Counted from the first letter of the stretch, positions 1 to 13,400 are shown. The stretch: DNA of 64,000 bases from Eledone cirrhosa (GCA_964016885.1 OZ024746.1:97154001-97218000); one strand, 5' to 3'. Program-made: numbers and translations. The notes: generated by a model not told the origin, from the sequence alone.

Positions 1-31
1 TTAGGTTAACACTTAATATAAAGGAAGAGGG

Positions 32-67
32 TCTTAACGTTTCGGACGCTAGTCCTTCATCAGAAGA
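32..67 (-). ncRNA. Minimal type I hammerhead ribozyme motif (Penelope pLTR-like)
   Basis: Minus strand reads TCTT-CTGATGA-A-GGAC-TAGC-GTCC-GAAAC-GTT-AAGA. It has both conserved core boxes, a 4-bp stem I, a 4-bp stem II with tetraloop, a palindromic stem III (AACGTT) and a GUU cleavage triplet. Confidence 0.8.
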
Positions 68-170
68 AAGAATGAGAAATAAGATAGATTTAGGGGACGG
101 GCGGGATGGAATTGGAAAAAATGTCTTTAGATAAAAATAACAATATATGTATATATATATGTATGTATAT

Positions 171-638
171 GGTTGCATTGGTATGGACATGTGATGATTA
201 TGAAGGATGACATCTGCATAAAAAGGTGCAGAGCACTAGACGTCGATGGAAGCCTTGAAGTGGGGAGACCCAAGAAGACCTGGGGTGAGGTGATAAAAGG
301 TGACCTCTAAAAGGTGATGACTTATGACCATGACCTCTGGCGTTATGCAGTAATACAGAAGATCCGACTTCCCATGGGTACAAGCCGAAGCTGAGGCATA
401 TAGACAATATACTCCCACCCCCTCCCACTGAAAAGTGGCCGTGGAGGTGTCAGGACAAAAGAGTACCCAGCTCACACTGTTAATACGGTTGATGTTAGGA
501 AGGGCATCCAGCTGTAGAGATTATGCCAAAATCAGTTCCCATATGAGCAAGACATGGTCAGCCAACCGGACACCCGACTGGACAACCCGTCTAACCCATG
601 CTAGCGTGGAAGAACGGACGTGTGATGATGATGATGAT
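171..638 (+). mobile_element. Degenerate RTE-clade LINE 3' fragment with 3'UTR and (ATG)n tail
   Basis: Translates to LHWYGHVM..KRCRALDVDG..GRPKKTW. The 3'UTR (aggaagggcatccagctgtaga...acccgtctaacccatgctagcgtggaagaacggacg) matches the 45328-47657 copy, followed by a tgatgatgat tail. Confidence 0.85.
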
Positions 639-778
639 ATGTAATATATGTGATTATAATAGTACTTCACTATTATCTTTGCTAAGGTGAGAGAAACTCT
701 ATGCAGAGTACAAGCTATATTTAAACGGACATAGAAAGAAAAAATGAATGTAAGTTATTAACTTTGGTCTTTTGTCAT

Positions 779-782
<4 letters not shown>

Positions 783-872
<90 letters not shown>

Positions 873-916
873 TTTATACATATATATATATACATATATA
901 TACATATATATATACA
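783..916. repeat. (TA)n microsatellite
   Basis: Directly visible dinucleotide run. Confidence 0.95.
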
Positions 917-1250
917 ATAATATTTAATAAGTGGAAACTATATTTATAAAACCATATTTATTCTATTATATATATTTCAAGAGTACCAAAACTTTGGTAC
1001 GCTTTCATCAGATAATATACAAAGATTGTTTTACAAATTTTGACATAACCAAGAAAAGATACCTTACCGGTTCATGTTTTTCTTGGATAGTTTTGGTACC
1101 TTGAACTATATATAGTAGAATAAATATATTTTCCATTTATTAAATATCATTGAATATTATACTCCAAAAAACTTGTCGAGTGCTCTGAATCAGTTATAAA
1201 CATTTATATTTGTTGAATTACCAACAAATTGTATATCCCTTTTGCTTACA
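917..1250. mobile_element. Fold-back non-autonomous element carrying a hammerhead motif (family A, copy 1)
   Basis: Imperfect inverted repeat from about 921 to 1146. The tail acttgtcgagtgct..gttataaa is shared with 28680-29095. Minus strand 958-1022 has CTGATGA-AAG-C-GTACCAAA-GT-TTTGGTAC-T-CTT-GAAA-TATATATA. Flanked by (TA)n. Confidence 0.65.
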
Positions 1251-1272
1251 TATAAATATATATATATATATA

Positions 1273-1437
1273 TCATCATCATCATCATCATCAACGTTTA
1301 ACGTCCGTGTTCCACGCTTGCATGGGTTTGGACGGGGGTAGTCCCACTTGAGGCAAGAGTGATTTTCTTGCTCGCATAGGACTGTCTGGCAGGTTTTCTA
1401 CAGTTGGATGCCCTTCCTAACACCAACCACATTTACA
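1273..1437 (-). mobile_element. RTE-type 3'UTR/tail fragment
   Basis: Reverse complement of the 58190-58355 and 60370-60535 3' ends, with a (CAT)n tail. Confidence 0.8.
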
Positions 1438-1580
1438 GATATATATATAGATATATATAGATATATATACATATAGATATATATAGATATATATAGATAT
1501 ATATACATATATATATATATACATATATATATGTATATATATGTATATATATATATATTTATATATTTATATGTATATAT

Positions 1581-1581
<1 letters not shown>

Positions 1582-1612
<31 letters not shown>

Positions 1613-2620
1613 TTTACGTCCGCTTTTCCCTGCTTGCAAGGGTGGGACGGGTCTTATTCAGCACAGCATCTCTCCACTCGTCACGGTCCCTCGTCATCTC
1701 CACCGTGAGCTTCAATGATCTGAGGTCTGTTCTCACCACCTCCGCCCATGTTTTTCGTGGTCTACCTCTACCACGTCTTCCTTCAACTGGCATTTCCTGG
1801 CACTTCTTCACCCATCGGTCATCCTCCATGCGCATCACATGTCCATACCACCTCAGTCTCCTCTCCCGTACACTACATTCTATCCCTCTCAGACACAGTT
1901 TCTCTCTCAACACATTTATGCTGGGTCGTTCACGCACATTTACACTGCACATCCAACGGAGCATGCTTGCCTCATTTCTCTCCAGCCGTCGCATATCCTC
2001 TGCGGTTGCTGCCCATGTCTCACTACCATGCAGCATCGCACTCCTCACACAGGCATCATACAACCGGCCTTTCGTACACAGGGAGAAACCCTTCTTCGTC
2101 AACAGAGGAAGCAGCTCCCTAAACTTCTTCCAACCCGTCCTTATTCTAGATACTATGGCCTCGGAACACCCTCCTCCCATGCTAATCTGATCTCCTAGGT
2201 ACCGGTAGCTATCCACCACTTTTATAGCGCCCTCTCGCATTTGAAAAATGTGTCTATCAGTGCGACTTCTACTGTCTAATTTCCCTGTACATCTACTGCA
2301 TACATATTTCTCCCTACCTGTTAGTTTGCCTGCTATCCCGCTACATATCTTGTGTACCCAGGACCTGCATTGTGTGCATTTTATAGAATTTATGCCAGTT
2401 CCTTTTCTGCATATCGAACATGGCCATTTCCCTGACGGAATCAGAGTTTTGTCCTCTTTTCTACTCATCAACACTTTTGTCTTAGCTAGATTTACTCTCA
2501 GTCCTCTTGTTTCCAACTGCTGTTTCCATAGCCGGAATTTATTCTCTAGCTCCTCTACTGATTCTGCTATAAGAGCCAGATCGTCAGCATAGAGAAGTTC
2601 CCATGGACAGCCAGTCTTAA
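1582..2620 (-). mobile_element. 5'-truncated RTE-clade LINE (RT YADD, PHD-like finger, C-terminus, tail)
   Basis: ORF 1614-2618 reads [62 protein letters not shown]. (ATG)n tail; the 5' break lies in (TA)n. Confidence 0.95.
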
Positions 2621-2696
<76 letters not shown>

Positions 2697-2754
2697 CTAT
2701 ATACATATATATACATATATATACACATATATATATATATACATATATATACAT

Positions 2755-3099
2755 ATCATCATCATCATCATCATCATTTTACGTCCGCTTTTCCCTGCTT
2801 GCAAGGGTGGGACGGGAACTGATTCTGGCTTGATTTCTACAGCTGGATGCCCTTCCTAACACCAACCTCATTTACAGTGAGTGCTGGATGCTTTTTTGTC
2901 ATGGCACCTCCACGACTACTTTTGCAGTGGAATGATAGGGACCCCAGTCCCTATCATCTCATTTCTACAGCTGAGTAAACTGGAGCAATGTGAAATAAAG
3001 TGTCTTGCTCAAGGAAACAACACATCACCTGGTCTGAGAATTGAACTCCCAACCTTTCGATTGCAAGGCCAATGCTCTAACCACTAAGCCATGTGCCTC
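2755..3099 (-). mobile_element. tRNA-derived SINE with RTE-derived 3' tail
   Basis: Minus strand has A-box TGGCTTAGTGG, B-box GAGTTCAATTCT and a central ccttgagcaagacacttta..cagctgtagaaatgag domain. The last ~40 nt plus (ATG)n are identical to the RTE end at 1582-1650. Confidence 0.85.
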
Positions 3100-3116
3100 C
3101 ATGTATATACATATAC

Positions 3117-3156
<40 letters not shown>

Positions 3157-3172
3157 ACATATATATACATAC

Positions 3173-3207
<35 letters not shown>

Positions 3208-3292
3208 CATATATATACATATATATATACATATATATCTATATACATATATATCTATATACATATATATATATATACATATATATATACAC

Positions 3293-3325
<33 letters not shown>

Positions 3326-3899
3326 TACGTACATACATCTCTCCTTTTTTCCACTAACTCCCCCCCTCACTCCTTCTCGGAGTTCCTCCTTCCCCCACTC
3401 TCACCAAGCATGAACCTAATACCATTTATAACTTGAACTCCTGCATTGTTGATTTTTTGTATTGTGATATATATATATATACACACACACAGTATATACT
3501 GTCTGTCTGTATATATAGTATTAATCAATATACACGTCATATATATGAATGACAAAATTTCAAAAAAAAAGAAAAAAAGAAATGTCTTCTTTGCTTTCTA
3601 TTGAGATTTGTTGTTTAGATGTAAATATTGATAAATTTATTTTCACAAAAATACCACGTTTTACTTCATAACTGTATATAAACACACACACACACACTCA
3701 CAAATACACACACTCACAAATACACACACTCACAAATACACACACATACATACACACACGCACAAATGTTGTGAGATCTCAGGTAGTTTAGCTAAGAACA
3801 TAGGTTTTACATGTAACCATTGCACTGGAGCAAACAACCCCAAGAAACAAGCACTATCAAATTCTGAGAAGGTTCTGCAGGAGCAATAGAGAGATTCTG

Positions 3900-4440
3900 C
3901 TACCTAGGTGACCAAATTAGCAGTGGAGGTGGGTGTTCTGAAAGTACAGTTGCCAGAGAGAGGATGGGATAGAAGTTTCACAGCGCTACTACCATTGCTA
4001 ACTACAAAAAGCTTCTCCCTCAAATGAAAAACAGACTGTATGACATGTATACTAGCAGCAATGTTGCATGGTAGTGAGGCTTGTGCAGAGGACCTACGAA
4101 GATTGGAAATAAATAAAGATGCATGATCCGATAGATGTGTAATAGTAATATACATGAAAGGCAAAGCATAAATGAATTGAGAGTGATACTAGGCATAACA
4201 GGAATCAGATGCATTGTGCAGGAGAGGAGATTGCATTGGTATAGATCTGTGATGCGTATGAAGGATTGCAGCTGTATAAAAATATGCAGAGCACTCAAAG
4301 TTGATGGAGTAAGTAGACCCAGGAAGACTTGGGATGAGGTGATGAAAGCTGACCTTGCACAATTGCACCTCTCAAAGGCAATGACACATGGACCAGGATC
4401 TTTGGCATTATGGAGTAATACAGAAAACCCACCATCCCAT
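3900..4440 (+). mobile_element. Degenerate RTE LINE fragment
   Basis: Translates to YLGDQISSGGG..AMLHGSE..ERRLHWY..SRPRKTWDEV, with stops and frameshifts. Confidence 0.85.
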
Positions 4441-4568
4441 ATAGTATTCACTTCCACTCACCTCTCATACACCTCCCAAGTCCTAATATTCTTCTCCTCA
4501 GACATGCCCATATATGCACCTCCCTAATATCCACACACACTTCCCACCAAAATTCAAACTACTTTGCA

Positions 4569-4624
<56 letters not shown>

Positions 4625-4689
4625 ATCTATATTATAAAAAGAAACCTGTTTCTCTGTCCCTTGGTCCAACACACTGCATATGGATATGT

Positions 4690-5038
4690 ATGTATGTGTG
4701 TGTATGTGTATGTGTGTTCTCTACAACCTTCACTATATCAATATATAAATAATGTGTGTGTATATATGTGTGTTCTCTATATCCTTCAATATATCAATAT
4801 ATAAATAATGTGTGTGTGTATGTGTGTGTTCTCTACAACCTTCAATATATCAATATATATATATATAATGTGTGTGTGTGTATGTATGTGTTCTCTATAT
4901 CCTTCAATATATCAATATATAAATAATGTGTGTGTGTATGTGTGTGTTCTCTACAACCTTCACTATATCAATATATATATAATGTGTGTGTATGTATGTG
5001 TTCTCTATATCCTTCAATATATCAATATATAAATAATA
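4690..5038. repeat. ~55-60 bp tandem repeat containing (GT)n, about 6 copies with alternating variants
   Basis: Recurrent gtgttctcta(caacc/tatcc)ttca(c/a)tatatcaatatata..aat. Confidence 0.8.
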
Positions 5039-5409
5039 TGACAGACTTCAAACAACTTTCTCAGAAAAATATTTGTGTCTAAAGAGTCTTGATTGAAAAC
5101 AGCAATTTTAAGTGCAAGTCTGTCATCATAAAAAAGTGAACTCTCTTCAGTAATATAGATAATTCTAATATGTGCCCTCATCTAAATTTGGAATGTTAAT
5201 GTGGTCCTTTCATGCCAAAAGGTTAGGGACCTCTGTTCTAGGGTATACATGCTTTTTATCATCTACAAATATTATTTTTCTATAGTTATCTAACTTTGAG
5301 AAATATGTTTTTCTACTTTACTGTGAAGATTAGAAAAACTAAATGAAGCATACTTTGTTGGATAGTGTGTATGAATGTTGGAGCATAAATGAAGTGAGTA
5401 TAAGAAATA

Positions 5410-5860
5410 TCAGACGTAGCATGCAAGAGAGATATCTGCACTAGTGTGAGCATTTAATAGGCATGGGGGATGTCACATTATAGAGAAGTGCCAAGCACTG
5501 AAAGTAGATAGAAACCTGCAAAGACCTACAGCGATATAGGGCAATGTGGTGAAGACTGATCTCAAGAAACAGAAATTCATGGAGGAAATGACAAAAGATC
5601 CTGATAAGTGGTGACATGCAATGAAGAAAAAGACTTGCCCACTTATGCAAGCATGGCAAAATGGATATTAAAATGGTGGTGGTGATGACAGTTGGGATAT
5701 ATATATTTGGTAAGAGCTGACCTCAGATCACTGAAGCTCCCAGAGGAGATGGCGAAGGACCATTACAAATAGAGAGATGTTGTGCTGAAGAGCAACTGCC
5801 TCACTCTTGCAAGCAGGGAAAAGCGGACATAAAATTATAATGATAATGATGATGATGATT
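5410..5860 (+). mobile_element. Two adjacent decayed RTE 3' ends
   Basis: Remnants gagaagtgccaagc..gacttgcccacttatgcaagcatggcaaaatggatatt and cactcttgcaagcagggaaaagcggacataaaa..gatgatgat. Confidence 0.65.
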
Positions 5861-6367
5861 TGAGTCCCTTGCTCATTTTATTTCTGTTAATTCTCCATTT
5901 TCTTCTTTAACCATCTCTGTGTTATCCTCTTATTTACCTACTTGCACTAGTGTTATTGCGCCATACTGCCTGTGTAACAAAGGATGCAATTGGATCAGCT
6001 TGCATTCAAAGCCTCCACCATCACAATAATATTCTACCGTCCTCTCTCAATACTTTGTAAGTAAGATGGTATGGTGTCGGATGTGTCTGTGCTCAATCCT
6101 CCCCAGCCACCAAGTTTATTTATTGCTAGCCATCATTCTCTCTCAAGCCATCACTCATCTTCATTACTATCTATATCTATCACTTTCTCATACTGAAAGT
6201 CGTACTGAATCTTCCTGAGAATTTACATTAAGTGTGCACATGTCAATGGGATGCTTAGCCACTTGCATGTTAATTTTATGATCAGGTTCTTCTGTTGATC
6301 ATATCAACTGGAACACTCTTTGTTGGAACTGATGGAGAGCCAACAACAACAACACACACATATATAT

Positions 6368-6915
6368 CATCATCATCATCGTTTAATTTCCATCTTCCAC
6401 GTTAGTATGGGTTGGACGGTTTTGTCCCATTTGAGGCAAGATTGGTTGGGAGACGTGTCTCGCTCGTACATAACTGTTTTTGGCAGGTTTTCTATGGCTG
6501 GATGCCCTTCCTTACACCAACTACATTTACAGTGTGGACTGGGAGCCTTTTTTCCGTATTTCATATATAAATATATATATATATATATCATCATCATCAT
6601 CATCATCGTTTAATGTCTATCTTCCATGCTAGCATGGGTTTGGACGGGAATTGTCCCATGTGAGGCAAGATTGGTTGTCTTGCTCGTATAGAACTGTCTG
6701 GCAGGTTTTCGATGGCTGGATGCCCTTCCTAACACTAACCATGTTTAAAAGTGTGGACTGGGAGGTTTTTACCGTGTTACCTACACGGCCACATTACAGC
6801 ATGGACTGTGCGTTTTTTATCGTGACACCTACACAACCTCATTTATTTAGGACTGGATGTTGTAGCATTAACATAACTTTACGGAGAAAGGGGTGGTGTA
6901 GATGGGGGTAGGGGT
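6368..6915 (-). mobile_element. Two RTE-type 3'UTR/tail fragments
   Basis: (CAT)n tails followed by cttccatgctagcatgggtttggacggg..ggatgcccttccta, similar to 57950-58355. Confidence 0.75.
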
Positions 6916-6930
6916 AATATATATATATAT

Positions 6931-7580
6931 GCTTCGTGCAAAGCTTCCGAATTATTGTCTTTTTGTGGATGCTGACCAAGTGCCACAACATTGATTTTAC
7001 TCACTTCCACTCTTATTATTCTCTCCTAGCTTTAATAATTAATTAATTAATTTGATTTGTTGATTTTATTGATTGAGTAATTATTTGTGTTTGTTTATTA
7101 CTTTTCTTCATGCTTTGAATTTAACTGCCAAAAACCTGGATGTGATTCTTCCTCTTTCCTTGAGAAAGAACACATGACAGCTCCGCAGTGAGTGATACTA
7201 CAATCATTAGTGGCAACATTTCACACCGGGTTCTATGCATGGAACGGAAACCTGTTGATAATGTGAGTCCGTGTTCTGTCTTCAAACACCACAGACTTGT
7301 GTATTGAGTAAGTTGGATTGTTGATTTAGATTCACAGAAACCAATCGAGGATATTATATAATACCTTTCAATACAGTCCTGATTGTATTTTCATTGTTGT
7401 GGTGGCTTCTGTGGCTTTGTCCTCTTAATCAGTTTTCAATTTGTCATGCCTTTTTAATGTATGTTTATTATTATAACATGTAACTCTGATTGAGTGCTTC
7501 ATGCAAAGCTTCCAAATTATTGTCTTTTGATGGATGCTGGCCAAGCGCTGCAACTTCGATTTTACTCACTTCCACTCCTA
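6931..7580. mobile_element. Unclassified element with ~85-bp direct terminal repeats (pLTR-like partial tandem)
   Basis: 6931-7015 and 7496-7580 are diverged direct repeats (gcttc.tgcaaagcttcc.aattattgtctttt..ggatgctg.ccaag..gattttactcacttccactc). Flanked by TA/CA runs. Confidence 0.55.
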
Positions 7581-7609
7581 CAAACACACACACACATATA
7601 TATATATAT

Positions 7610-7810
7610 AGGAAAAGAGTCAGGACCCCATTGCCTGACCTCCGGCCGTTTTGCCAGCTAGATCCAAATAGTTCGGATCTAGCTGTCGAAATGGCCGGAG
7701 GTCAGCCGTCGAGGTCCTGACTCTTTTCCTATTGCCCCCCTCTACCTCCCTAAGTATCGAGTACTCTGGTGCTTTTTGGTCCACCTGGTTTCTTACCACA
7801 CTCTTTGTTT
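7610..7810 (+). mobile_element. Hairpin-headed short element (family B)
   Basis: ~120-nt hairpin aggaaaagagtcaggacc...ggtcctgactcttttcct, then the tail ctaagtatcgagtactctggtgc..ggtccacctggt. Related copies at 36675, 37631, 57152 and 58428; flanked by (TA)n. Confidence 0.75.
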
Positions 7811-8172
7811 TATATATATATATATAAACTATAATAAAACTGTGAGATACAGAGAATATGTTGTCCTGATTTCAGATTAATATCATTTGTTTGATCAAAA
7901 CTGTGCATAACTCTATATTACAAAAGTGAACAATTTTTTTAAAAAACAATTTAGCATTAATCAAAGTTTTAACCTGCCATTTAGTTTTATCTAACATTGC
8001 AGTATAAATTGTTAGAGGATATAAAATATTCAGATTGTTCACTTTAATGATTATAATTGTGTTGTTATCATGGAAACATTGATTTGTGAATTCAAAAAAT
8101 AAAAATTAATATCATGTTATGCTGGAATGTAGCTCAGAAAACATTGACATTTCTCATTAAAATTTTCAGGAT

Positions 8173-8235
<63 letters not shown>

Positions 8236-8377
8236 ACTATTATCTATGTTTCACTGAATAAGCACTAACACTTGTTATTATTTATGTTTCAGTGCACAAA
8301 GTACGTAATAACATTTGGTTACCCATATTATAACAAAGATATGTATGTATGAATGTATGTATGTATATATGTATGTA

Positions 8378-8655
8378 TGTTCTTTCACTTTCGCTTAATT
8401 TTGAGTAGATTTTTGACTGGCCACTTTCCTGGTGGCAAGGTTGTAAAAGAAAAGAAATTGTCATCCCTGGAATCACAAGAATGTTTTGCAAATTTTGAAG
8501 GTGCCAGCTATTGCAGCCATTTGTAGACTATGAATTAGGGAGCTGCATATTTGTCCACAAATCCACGTTCAGTCATACTTTGGCCTAAGTGGGTTGGTAT
8601 ATAACCTGTAGCTACAATAATAATGGGTATGAAGCTGAAGGTTTATCTTGGATAT
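8378..8655 (-). mobile_element. R4/Dong-like LINE 3' fragment
   Basis: Homologous to the 3' part of 18660-19291 and 50312-51086; abuts (TATG)n. Confidence 0.8.
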
Positions 8656-9125
8656 GCACATATACACTTACATACACATGTACATACATATTTACTTACA
8701 CATGTATGTATGTATGCTCTTCTGGTTTTATAATTTTATAAATGTTTATCAATAGAGAGAGAGTCGGTTTCTAACATAGACACAAGACTCTCTCATTGGA
8801 ATTTACACAACATCAACTAGGTAGATATGTATGTATGTCTGCATGCATGCATGTGTAGATATGGATGTTAACGTATGTCTGGATGTGTATGTTTTGAGTT
8901 GTATGTGTGCATGTGTATATGTTTTGTATCTGTACATGTGCATATGCAGTTATTAGATGCAGAATCTTTGGAATGTTTTACATATTTTTACTGTTCCATT
9001 AATGGATTGTACTTGTAATTTCCTAACTAGTCGTGTTCTTTCTGTTTCTGTAAAGCCTAGCTTCTCAAGATTTGTATTGAGGCAGTTACTAACATATGTA
9101 TGTGTGTTTGTGTGTGTGTGTATGC

Positions 9126-9516
9126 AAAAGGGCGGGTTGGAAGAAGTTTAGGAAGCTGCTTCCTCTGCTGACGAAGAAGGGTTTCTCCCTGTGTACGAGA
9201 GGCTGGTTTATGATGCCTGTGTGAGGAGCGCGATGTTGCATGGTAGTGAGACTTGGGCAGCAACTGCAGAGGATATGCGACGGCTGGAGAGAAATGAGGC
9301 AAGCATGCTCCATTGGATGTGCAATGTCAATGTGCGTGAACGACCCAGCATGGAAGTGCTGAGAGAGAAACTGTGTCTGAGAGAGATAGAATGTAGTGTG
9401 CGGGAGAGGAGACTGAGGTGGTATGGACATGTGATGGGCATGGAGGATGACCAATGGGTGAAGAAGTGCCAGGAAATGCCAGTTGAAGGAAGACATGGTA
9501 GAGGTAGACCACAAAA
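9126..9516 (+). mobile_element. RTE LINE internal fragment
   Basis: YDACVRSAMLHGSETWAATAEDMRRLERNEASML..RLRWYGHVM, nearly identical to 1750-2135 in opposite orientation. Confidence 0.9.
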
Positions 9517-9579
9517 AACAATAGCGAAACACGCATCTCCAATCAATAAACATAATGAAGGCTTAACCAATTGTCCTTG

Positions 9580-9766
9580 TATTGGCAACATCGGTAGAGG
9601 GTCAGACAGCATGCTTAGCAGCATAGAGTTACGTCCCTTTATGTTCTGAGTTCAAATCCCACCGAGGTTAACTTTGCTTTTCATTCTTACGGGATCAATA
9701 AACTTAAGTACCAGTAATGCACTGGGGTAATTGCTGGCCTTGTGCCAAAAGTAGAAACAATTATTA
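9580..9766 (+). mobile_element. tRNA-derived SINE with Nin/Deu-like domain
   Basis: A-box tggcaacatcgg, B-box gagttcaaatcc, then ccgaggttaactttgcttttcattcttacggg..aagtaccag and a (TTA)-type tail. Confidence 0.8.
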
Positions 9767-9907
9767 TATTACACTCTGTCTAGCTCCACACTACTCACAT
9801 GAAGCTAAACATCAAGTGCTCACCTGGGTGAACATACAGTAACTTTACATTACACTCCTTGGATATATATATATTACAGGTGTACATATATTATAGGTGT
9901 ATAGGTA

Positions 9908-10293
9908 AAGGTGCATGGCTTGGGGGTTAAAGCGTTGGGCTTGCTATTGAGAGGTTGTAAGTTCGATTCCCAGACCGGGGGATGCAAGACACTTTATTTC
10001 ACGTTGCTCCAGTATACTCAGTTGTAGAAATGAGTTGCGACGTCACAGATGCCAAGCTGTATCAGCCATTGCCTTTCCCTTAGACAACATCGGTGGAGTG
10101 GAGAGGGGAAACTTGTATGCATGGGTAATTGCTGGTCTTTGAACTGCTGAGTTCAAATCCTGCCGAGGTTTGCTTTGCCTTTAATCCTTACAGATTCGAT
10201 AAAATAAAGTACCAGTAATGCGCTGGGATCAATTTAACTGACTTTATTTTCCCCAAAATTGATGGCCTTGTACCTATTTTAGAAACCATTATT
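9908..10293 (+). mobile_element. SINE cluster (tRNA-head SINE with alternative tail plus partial Nin-type SINE)
   Basis: gcatggcttgggggtta..gttcgattccc..caagacactttatttcac, then gagttcaaatcctgccgaggt..aaagtaccag. Confidence 0.65.
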
Positions 10294-10359
10294 AATCATA
10301 AATAAAATAACTAAACATTTAGGAATGATTCTCATTAGAGGAAGAAATGATAGGAGTTC

Positions 10360-10490
10360 AAAGTGGAAAGAAATCACAGAAGAGAATGACCAACAAAACC
10401 TGGAAAGTTGTGATGGAAGCTGATCTGAGGATGTTGAACCTCACTGAGATGATAAAGGAATGAAACAAATGGGGAGGGGGAGATGCTGAA
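10360..10490 (+). mobile_element. Decayed RTE C-terminal remnant leading into the minisatellite
   Basis: Translates to ..KTWKVVMEADLRMLNLTEM.., similar to the RTE C-terminal KTWAEVVRADLRLLKLTEEM. Confidence 0.6.
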
Positions 10491-13400
10491 CTGGAGAAGA
10501 CATATTTATCCCAGGAAGATGTTGTACTGGAGAAGGTATATTTAACCTGGGCAGATGTTGTACTGGACAAGATATATTTAACCTGAAAAGATGTTGTACT
10601 GGAGAAGATATATTTAACCTGAAAAGATGTTGTACTGGAGAAGGTATATTTAACCTGGAAAGATGTTGTACTGGAGAAGGTATATTTAACCTGGGAAGAT
10701 ACTGTACTGGACAAGATATATTTAACCTGAAAAGATGTTGTACTGGAGAAGATATATTTAACCTGAAAAGATGTTGTACTGGAGAAGGTATATTTAACCT
10801 GAAAAGATGTTGTACTGGAGAAGATATATTTAACCTGAAAAGATGTTGTACTAGAGAAGGTATATTTAACTTGGGAAGATACTGTACTGGAGAAGGTATA
10901 TTTAACCTGGGAAGATACTGTACTGGAGAAGGTATATTTAACCTGGGAAGATGTTGTACTGGAGAAGGTATATTTAACCTGGGAAGATGTACTGGAGAAG
11001 GTATATTTAACCTGGGAAGATACTGTACTGGAGAAGGTATATTTAACTTGGGAAGATACTGTACTGGAGAAGGTATATTTAACCTGGGAAGATACTGTAC
11101 TGGAGAAGGTATATTTAACCTGGGAAGATGTTGTACTGGAGAAGGTATATTTAACCTGGGAAGATACTGTACTGGAGAAGGTATATTTAACCTGGGAAGA
11201 TACTGTACTGGAGAAGGTATATTTAACCTGGGAAGATGTACTGTACTGGAGAAGGTATATGTAACTTGGGAAGATACTGTACTGGAGAAGGTATATTTAA
11301 CCTGGGAAGATACTGTACTGGAGAAGGTATATTTAACCTGGGAAGATACTGTACTGGAGAAGGTATATTTAACCTGGGAAGATGATGTACTGGAGAAGGT
11401 ATATTTAACCTGGGAAGATACTGTACTGGAGAAGGTATATTTAACCTGGGAAGATACTGTACTGGAGAAGGTATATTTAACCTGGGAAGATGTACTGGAG
11501 AAGGTATATTTAACCTGGGAAGATACTGTACTGGAGAAGGTATATTTAACCTGGGAAGATACTGTACTGGAGAAGGTATATTTAACCTGAGAAGATGTTG
11601 TACTGGAGAAGGTATATTTAACCTGGGAAGATACTGTATTGGAGAAGGTATATTTAATCTGGGAAGAGACTGTACTGGAGAAGGTATATTTAACCTGGGA
11701 AGATACTGTACTGGAGAAGGTATATTTAACCTGGGAAGATACTGTACTGGAGAAGGTATATTTCACCTGGGAAGATACTGTACTGGAGAAGGTATATTTA
11801 ACCTGGGAAGATGTTGTACTGGAGAAGGTATATTTAACCTGGGAAGATACTGTACTGGAGAAGGTATATTTAACCTGGGAAGATGTACTGGAGAAGGTAT
11901 ATTTAACCTGGGAAGATACTGTACTGGAGAAGGTATATTTAACCTGGGAAGATACTGTACTGGAGAAGGTATATTTAACCTGGGAAGATACTGTACTGGA
12001 GAAGGTATATTTAACCTGGGAAAATACTGTACTGGAGAAGGTATATTTAACCTGGGAAGATACTGTACTGGAGAAGGTATATTTAACCTGGGAAGAGACT
12101 GTACTGGAGAAGGTATATTTAACCTGGGAAGATACTGTACTGGAGAAGGTATATTTAACCTGGGAAGATGTACTGGAGAAGGTATATTTAACCTGGGAAG
12201 ATGTACTGTACTGGAGAAGGTATATTTAACTTGGGAAGATACTGTACTGGAGAAGGTATATTTAACCTGGGAAGATACTGTACTGGAGAAGGTATATTTA
12301 ACCTGGGAAGATGATGTACTGGAGAAGGTATATTTAACCTGGGAAGATACTGTACTGGAGAAGGTATATTTAACCTGGGAAGATACTGTACTGGAGAAGG
12401 TATATTTAACCTGGGAAGATACTGTACTGGAGAAGGTATATTTAACCTGGGAAGATACTGTACTGGAGAAGGTATATTTAACCTGGGAAGATACTGTACT
12501 GGAGAAGGTATATTTAACCTGGGAAGATGTACTGTACTGGAGAAGGTATATTTAACCTGGGAAGATGTTGTACTGGAGAAGGTATATTTAACCTGGGAAG
12601 ATGTACTGGAGAAGGTATATTTAACCTGGGAAGATACTGTACTGGAGAAGGTATATTTAACTTGGGAAGATACTGTACTGGAGAAGGTATATTTAACCTG
12701 GGAAGATACTGTACTGGAGAAGGTATATTTAACCTGGGAAGATGTTGTACTGGAGAAGGTATATTTAACCTGGGAAGATGTACTGGAGAAGGTATATTTA
12801 ACCTGGGAAGATGTACTGTACTGGAGAAGGTATATTTTACTTGGGAAGATACTGTACTGGAGAAGGTATATTTAACCTGGGAAGATACTGTACTGGAGAA
12901 GGTATATTTAACCTGGGAAGATACTGTACTGGAGAAGGTATATTTAACCTGGGAAGATGATGTACTGGAGAAGGTATATTTAACCTGGGAAGATACTGTA
13001 CTGGAGAAGGTATATTTAACCTGGGAAGATACTGTACTGGAGAAGGTATATTTAACCTGGGAAGATGTACTGGAGAAGGTATATTTAACCTGGGAAGATA
13101 CTGTACTGGAGAAGGTATATTTAACCTGGGAAGATACTGTACTGGAGAAGGTATATTTAACCTGGGAAGATGTTGTACTGGAGAAGGTATATTTAACCTG
13201 GGAAGATACTGTATTGGAGAAGGTATATTTAACCTGGGAAGATGTTGTACTGGAGAAGGTATATTTAACCTGGGAAGATACTGTACTGGAGAAGGTATAT
13301 TTAACCTGGGAAGATACTGTACTGGAGAAGGTATATTTAACCTGGGAAGATACTGTACTGGAGAAGGTATATTTAACCTGGGAAGAGACTGTACTGGAGA

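Noticed and set aside
3030-3099. tRNA genes at A/B-box sequences
   Set aside because: They are SINE heads fused to core domains and LINE-like tails, with no complete cloverleaf evident.
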